A stretch of 64,000 bases of DNA. Origin: the human T2T-CHM13v2.0 reference genome, Homo sapiens. The DNA lies in the NCBI RefSeq assembly GCF_009914755.1, contig NC_060930.1; one strand, written 5' to 3'. Positions 56,428 through 64,000 of the stretch are shown here, piece after piece (the stretch's first letter is position 1; each line of letters opens with the position of its first letter). The position numbers and the translations under genes are program-made. Below the pieces are notes generated by a model. That model was not told the origin of the DNA. It saw only the letters and a list, made by a program, of their open reading frames with translations, and searched no databases.

Positions 56428-58384
56428 TAGAGTTACTCACTTGAGGAGTTGGAGGCATTCAGTAAATGTGTGGGTAAAATATAAACCAGTGCTATACTAC
56501 GTAAGAACCATATTCAGAATGCATTTTCAACATTGTGTTCATGCCATTGATGAGGTAATAATAATCAGTGGTGGCTTTTCTAGTGGGGGAAAAAATCATT
56601 CTGTTGCTCACAAACTGTCAGTACTTAAACAAACAAAAAGACCCCAAAAACTCTCTAACTCTAGTAGGCTCCAACCCATATCTTCTGAGCATGACCTCAC
56701 ATTACTGCAATTCAGCTTATCCATATTTGAGCCAACCAGAACTGCACATCCTTTCTGAGATAATCCAAGTGCTTCTTTACCTCAGAAGTTTTACATCTAA
56801 AACTCCCTTGGGTTACCCTCATCACCCAAGTCTCTATTTAAATTCTAGTCATCCTTCAAAGTCCAGCTCAAATGCAACCTGCTCTTTCAAACTTACCCTT
56901 ATCCCCTACTCAGAAGCTCTTCTGGCCTTGCATAGATTCAGTCTGTACTTCTCATGTAGCTACAATCACATTCTCTCTCATCTATCTTATAGTATAATTG
57001 TTTGTGTGTATGTCATATTTCTTCAAGGCTCCTTGAGAAGAAGGTGTTTGACATGGTCATATTTGTGTTGTTCCCATCCCTCTGTGCTTTACACATACAA
57101 GAAAACAAAAAATGTTCATTAAGGATAGTGTATTCAAATGCCTGATCCCCAAAATGTCAGTACTATTCTCCCTAATACTCATTCACTGAGGAAATACTTC
57201 CTCAACACCTATTGTGTACAGGGGCAGTAGTGTACAAAAAGAGTCAGACATAGATCTTGCTCTCTCAAGAAGTTCACAGGCTACGAGATGTTCTAAGAGA
57301 TCTCTAAACTGCTATAATACTAATAGATAAATGCCATAACAGAAGTAAAGATGCAGTACAACAGGAACCAACAACAAGAAGAGATTGGTTCCAAGTAGAC
57401 ATGGATATGAGGGTAAGTTTTAATTAACATTTGTGTTGGGCCCTGAAAGACAGATAGTATTTGAATATGTTGAGACAGGGATAAGGGGTTTTAAGATAGG
57501 GGAAATAAAGGCCATTAAGGCAGGAAATCCCAGGAGGAGACAGGGAACACTCAATAGTTCAGTAGTAAAGTATACATGAAAGATGACAGGGATAGAGAAA
57601 AATTTTAAAGGCAGTTAAAGTTATAATTGGTAAAACTCTGAAAGCCAAATAAGGAAGTAGAGTTTTAGTCTGTAAGCAATGAGGAACTATTTCAAAGTTC
57701 TTGAGCAGGAGCTGAGTAATTAGTCAGAAGGTCGAAAGTAGATTGGAAGGGAAACAGATTGTTGACAACAGACAAGTATAGAGGCTAGTATCACAATGCA
57801 AGAAAGAGGTAATAAAAGCCTGAACTAGGAATGAGGACTAGAGATGAAAATAGATGAGTGCAAGGCATATTTTAGAGACAACACTGAAAGAACTTGACAA
57901 GTTCTGAATGTGGAGTGCAAAGAAGGGTCTGCAAAGAGGTAAAATAAATTTCTAGGCTAGGAAGAGGGTGGTGCCATAACCAAAAGAGAGGACACTAAAG
58001 CAGCAGCAAATCTGAATGGGAGGAAACTGAGTCCTGGGCATACTAAATTTTGGTATCAGTGGACATTCAGGTGACAATATCATGAATAAAATATGTTAAG
58101 CTATGCTGTTTAGAACAAAATATAGAATTTTATGAAAAAGAGAGAGGAGCTCAGATAAATTAATCTTCAATAAAAGATTCTGATCAATGATTCAAACATG
58201 AACATAACCTCAAAAATATAACCTGCATAAGTTTCATTAAGTGCACAGCAGATTAAAATCTAAAAGCCCGTTTATGAAAGAGTTCTTCTCATGATCTAGA
58301 ACAACATCATGTACCCAATAATCTTTTTGTTTATTTGTTTTGAGATACGGTCTGGCTCAGTTGCCCAGGCAGAGTTTGCAGTGA

Positions 58385-58639
<255 letters not shown>

Positions 58640-58998
58640 TGATTCAGAGCTAATAGTAAAGTGGACACATGGAAGCCTCAAAGAATCTTACAGTTAAAAA
58701 TTATGAGAGGCTGGGCACGGTGGCTCACACATGTAATCCCAGCACTTTGGGAGGCCGAGGAGGGTGGATCACGAGGTCAGGAGTTCAAGACCAGCCTGGC
58801 CAAGATGGTGAAACCCTGTCTCTACTAAAAAATACAAAAAAAAAAAAAAAATTAGCCCAGCATAGTGGTGGGTGCCTGTAATCCCAGTTAATTGGGAGAC
58901 TGAGGCAGAGAATTGCTTGAACCCAGGAGGCGGAGGTTGCAGTGAGCCGAGATGGCGCCACTGCACTCCAGCCTGGGCGACAGAGAGAGACTCTGTCT

Positions 58999-59031
<33 letters not shown>

Positions 59032-59960
59032 ATAAGGAGAAATGCTTCCATTAATATGGTAAATGCATCTTTTGTGGTCACTATCATTTAACCCCAATTT
59101 ATACAATATCACAGCAAGAATGGTCAAGTCAGATGAGTAGCCCTGACTGACAAGGTCCCAACGGATACTAACTAGATCCTTTCGTCAATAAACACTGCTC
59201 ATCAGTTAATAAAATGGAATTTACCTAGATGTATCCCTACCATATCCCCAGAATTCTCAAAAGCCTAAGAAACAAAAGATCATGAAATCACGTTGTGGGG
59301 CCAAAATAAAACCTCCAACATAAACTGAGGAGAAAATGAGGATTACAGCTATTCCATAACCATATCTTCTTAAGAACAAACAAAAGAAACTTGCATCAAC
59401 ATAAACTAAAATAACAACAATGTGAAGATGAATATCTAGCAATATAATCTGATATCAGTAAATAATGGTTACATGTATACTGAATAAAAAAAAGTAAAAT
59501 CAAACACTAACTTGCAGCTAATTTGCCTAATAAGTATATACCACCTGTTAGATTTATTTATTCATTTGTTTATTAATATTGATAACATTCTTTTTACTAG
59601 ATGCAATGTCATTATTTCAGTTTAGATCTTAAGGGAAAGAAAAATGAGAACTCAGTATTAATTACATTTTTACTAATGATGAGCAATAATATGAAGAACA
59701 AATTGGATTGAAATGTGCATGCTTCACATGTGACTACTCCATTAAAATTGTACAGTAATCATTTGTTCAAAATCACACTGATATTTTACAGCTATGCATA
59801 AATATAATGGAATGATACCCACCAAATGTTAAATAGTGTTAATCTTTTTATTATAGGTTTATGGGTGATTTTTATCTTCTTTTTTGCTTATGTATATTTT
59901 CAAGTTTTTCTATAATTAATGTTTTATTATAATGGTACCAAGAAGAAAATATATTTTTTA

Positions 59961-60149
<189 letters not shown>

Positions 60150-61050
60150 CTAAAAATTAAAAAAAAACATAATAATATAGTCTTTGCTAATATCTATGCC
60201 AATAAAACACAATCAATGCTGTAACAAATGCTCTATATTTTAAAATTACTTATTAAAGGCCAATAATGACACAAAGAAAAATAATTTGAGTAATAAGTTC
60301 AACCAAAACAATCTATTTTGAGGGTGACTGTGACCATGTTAATGAGGGGTTATAATGACTAAATTTACTGAAACCATTAAGATTTTCATTAAATAGGACC
60401 AAAAGGTAAAAAGGACTGATATTGAAACAGCTGCTGAAGAAGAGTATTATATTCTCTACTGACAGAATGAAAGATTTAAAAAAGAAAGAAAAACTGTAAA
60501 TCTTCACTTTCTATAAAAAGTTAGCACTTAGTACACTTGGGTAACATCACTGATCAGGTGTATATTTGAATTATTGGAAAAGTTTCATCTTTGGCACAGA
60601 ATAAATTAGAATATATTCCTAGGAGTTAATGTTAAATATGAAATTGCTAAAAAGGAAGAGAGAGAAAAAATAGGAAATTCGATCCCATTGAAATAAATAC
60701 AACTGGGTCACCATATTCAAATTTTTATATCCACGTTATATTGTGGGTTATAAAAACATTGTACTGAAAGGGAAAAAATGCTACCTGCCCCCGCAGTGCT
60801 CCCACCTCCACCTCCATCCCTACCCCACCCCTGCCTCTGTCCAAAACATAAAATGGACACTGAGGACCATCAAAATCCTATGCAAACAATACTGATGAAA
60901 TTGTCAATAGCGCTCCAGTAACTTTAAGATGACCAAATGGTATGTAAAATTATTAAGCTATTTATACAGCTTTTTTATTTTTATAAACTGTTCAGTAATA
61001 ACATTGATTTGATTTTAAGAAATAATAGAAAAATAGAGTTTATACTACAG

Positions 61051-61585
<535 letters not shown>

Positions 61586-61904
61586 TTCTACAGGATCTGA
61601 CTATTCCAATGTACAACATCATCTTCTTTCATCACCCCACTGATGTTCAAAGTAAAGTACATACACTGTCCAGTAAGCCTTGGTTGACATATAGGGGAAT
61701 ATAGAAAAATGGAGAAAATACAATGTCTGTGAATATCCATGAAAAGAATTGAACAAAAAAAACACACTGGAAATTCTTGTCCATATCTGCTATAATAGCA
61801 TACACTCTGAAAGTTTCTTTAAGACCTGAGTCTGTTAAAGTTATTCCTCAACAGATTTATAACTTATATAGATGACAAACCACATTATATTAAATCAAAA
61901 TTTA

Positions 61905-62808
<904 letters not shown>

Positions 62809-62981
62809 TTACAAATACTATCTTCTCAGTAAAATGTGAGTTTATTGCTTAAATTCTTCAAAATCAACATTTATGTTTATATTGACTTTGAAATATGGCT
62901 AACAGAGCAAGCTTTCCTTTCTGTGCATTAACAATATGTATTTTATATAAATATGCTCCATACCTATATAAAACAATCCTA

Positions 62982-63140
<159 letters not shown>

Positions 63141-64000
63141 TCACTGTTGTGTTAGCAAGGAGGGGGAAATGATGAATGTCTTATAACTTCAAAACGAAAT
63201 TTCTGAAAATCTAGAGAATCCAGGTAAGCAAAATGAAAGAAAAAAATACCACCCAAAATACTGGCATTCAGAGATAAGCTCTGTCAATATCTTGGTGCAT
63301 ATCTTTCCAATCCTTTTTCTATGTGCTTAGGTATATCTGTTTTGTTTTGTTTTACTTTCTTTCTTGTCAGAGACTGCAAGCAGGAATGTGTTTTTAAAAA
63401 TAGGATTTTAAATGGTAAAATGTAAAACAGCAAACAAAAGTAATATCATATCATTAAATAATTAATTACATTTTTGTACATGCATATCTTTTTTACTAAA
63501 GAAACTGTTCCTTGGGAGGCAGGACTCATGTATTAATACTGCTTATATCTACCCTAGCACTGTATTGGTGCTCAAGAAACAGGCGACAAAACAAGGAAAG
63601 ATATTTAACAATCCCTGTACTTATCCATCCCTAGAGTATGTGGTTGAGGGTTTTTTTTTGAAGAGTAGTGAGTATAAGGGAATGACTGTCATGCCCACTT
63701 ATAAAAACTGAAGTTGAGAACAGGTCCTGTAAACAGAAAAAAAGAAATAGGACTTCACAAAGTAAAAGCTTTAAGCTGGACTCTGACGATATGTAGGAAA
63801 GATAGACCAGAGCAGCAAGCAGAAACAGCACTTTGCGCATAACAGACAGCTGTTTGATAAAATATTTAGCAACAATGACATTATTGCTCAAGGTAAAAGC
63901 CTTAGAAATATGCCTCCCTCAGGCTGTCCTTAAACAGGGTTCAGATTTCACAGGTAAAGAGAAACATATTCAATTTAATAAATATTTTGAATACCTTTTA

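Overview
Primate (very probably human) Alu-rich genomic DNA containing the 3' part of CDK19 (Mediator kinase, CDK8 paralogue) on the minus strand. Eleven coding exons (exons 3-13 by homology; 111, 141, 58, 132, 144, 70, 73, 98, 79, 267 and 132 nt, all GT-AG) splice into one open frame from LLRELKHPN... to ...HQAHRY*, followed by a ~4.5 kb 3'UTR ending near 2545. Exons 1-2 lie beyond the right edge. Intron 4 holds a CpG-rich, tailless PHOSPHO1 processed pseudogene (antisense to CDK19, 14-bp TSD) nested in an old L1. A 35-nt tailless U2 snRNA retrocopy sits antisense just upstream of the exon 6 3' splice site. Introns are otherwise filled with ~38 Alu elements/fragments, ERV/MaLR LTRs, L1, MIR and DNA transposons. 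The most unusual signal is at least six short (45-295 bp) copies of nearby sequence, direct or inverted, 0.4-4 kb from their donors and each pasted into or against an older repeat. This looks like a fossil record of locally templated insertions. Repeat subfamily names come from memory of consensus sequences and repeat boundaries are approximate. Nearly all ORFs in the supplied track are Alu or simple-repeat noise.
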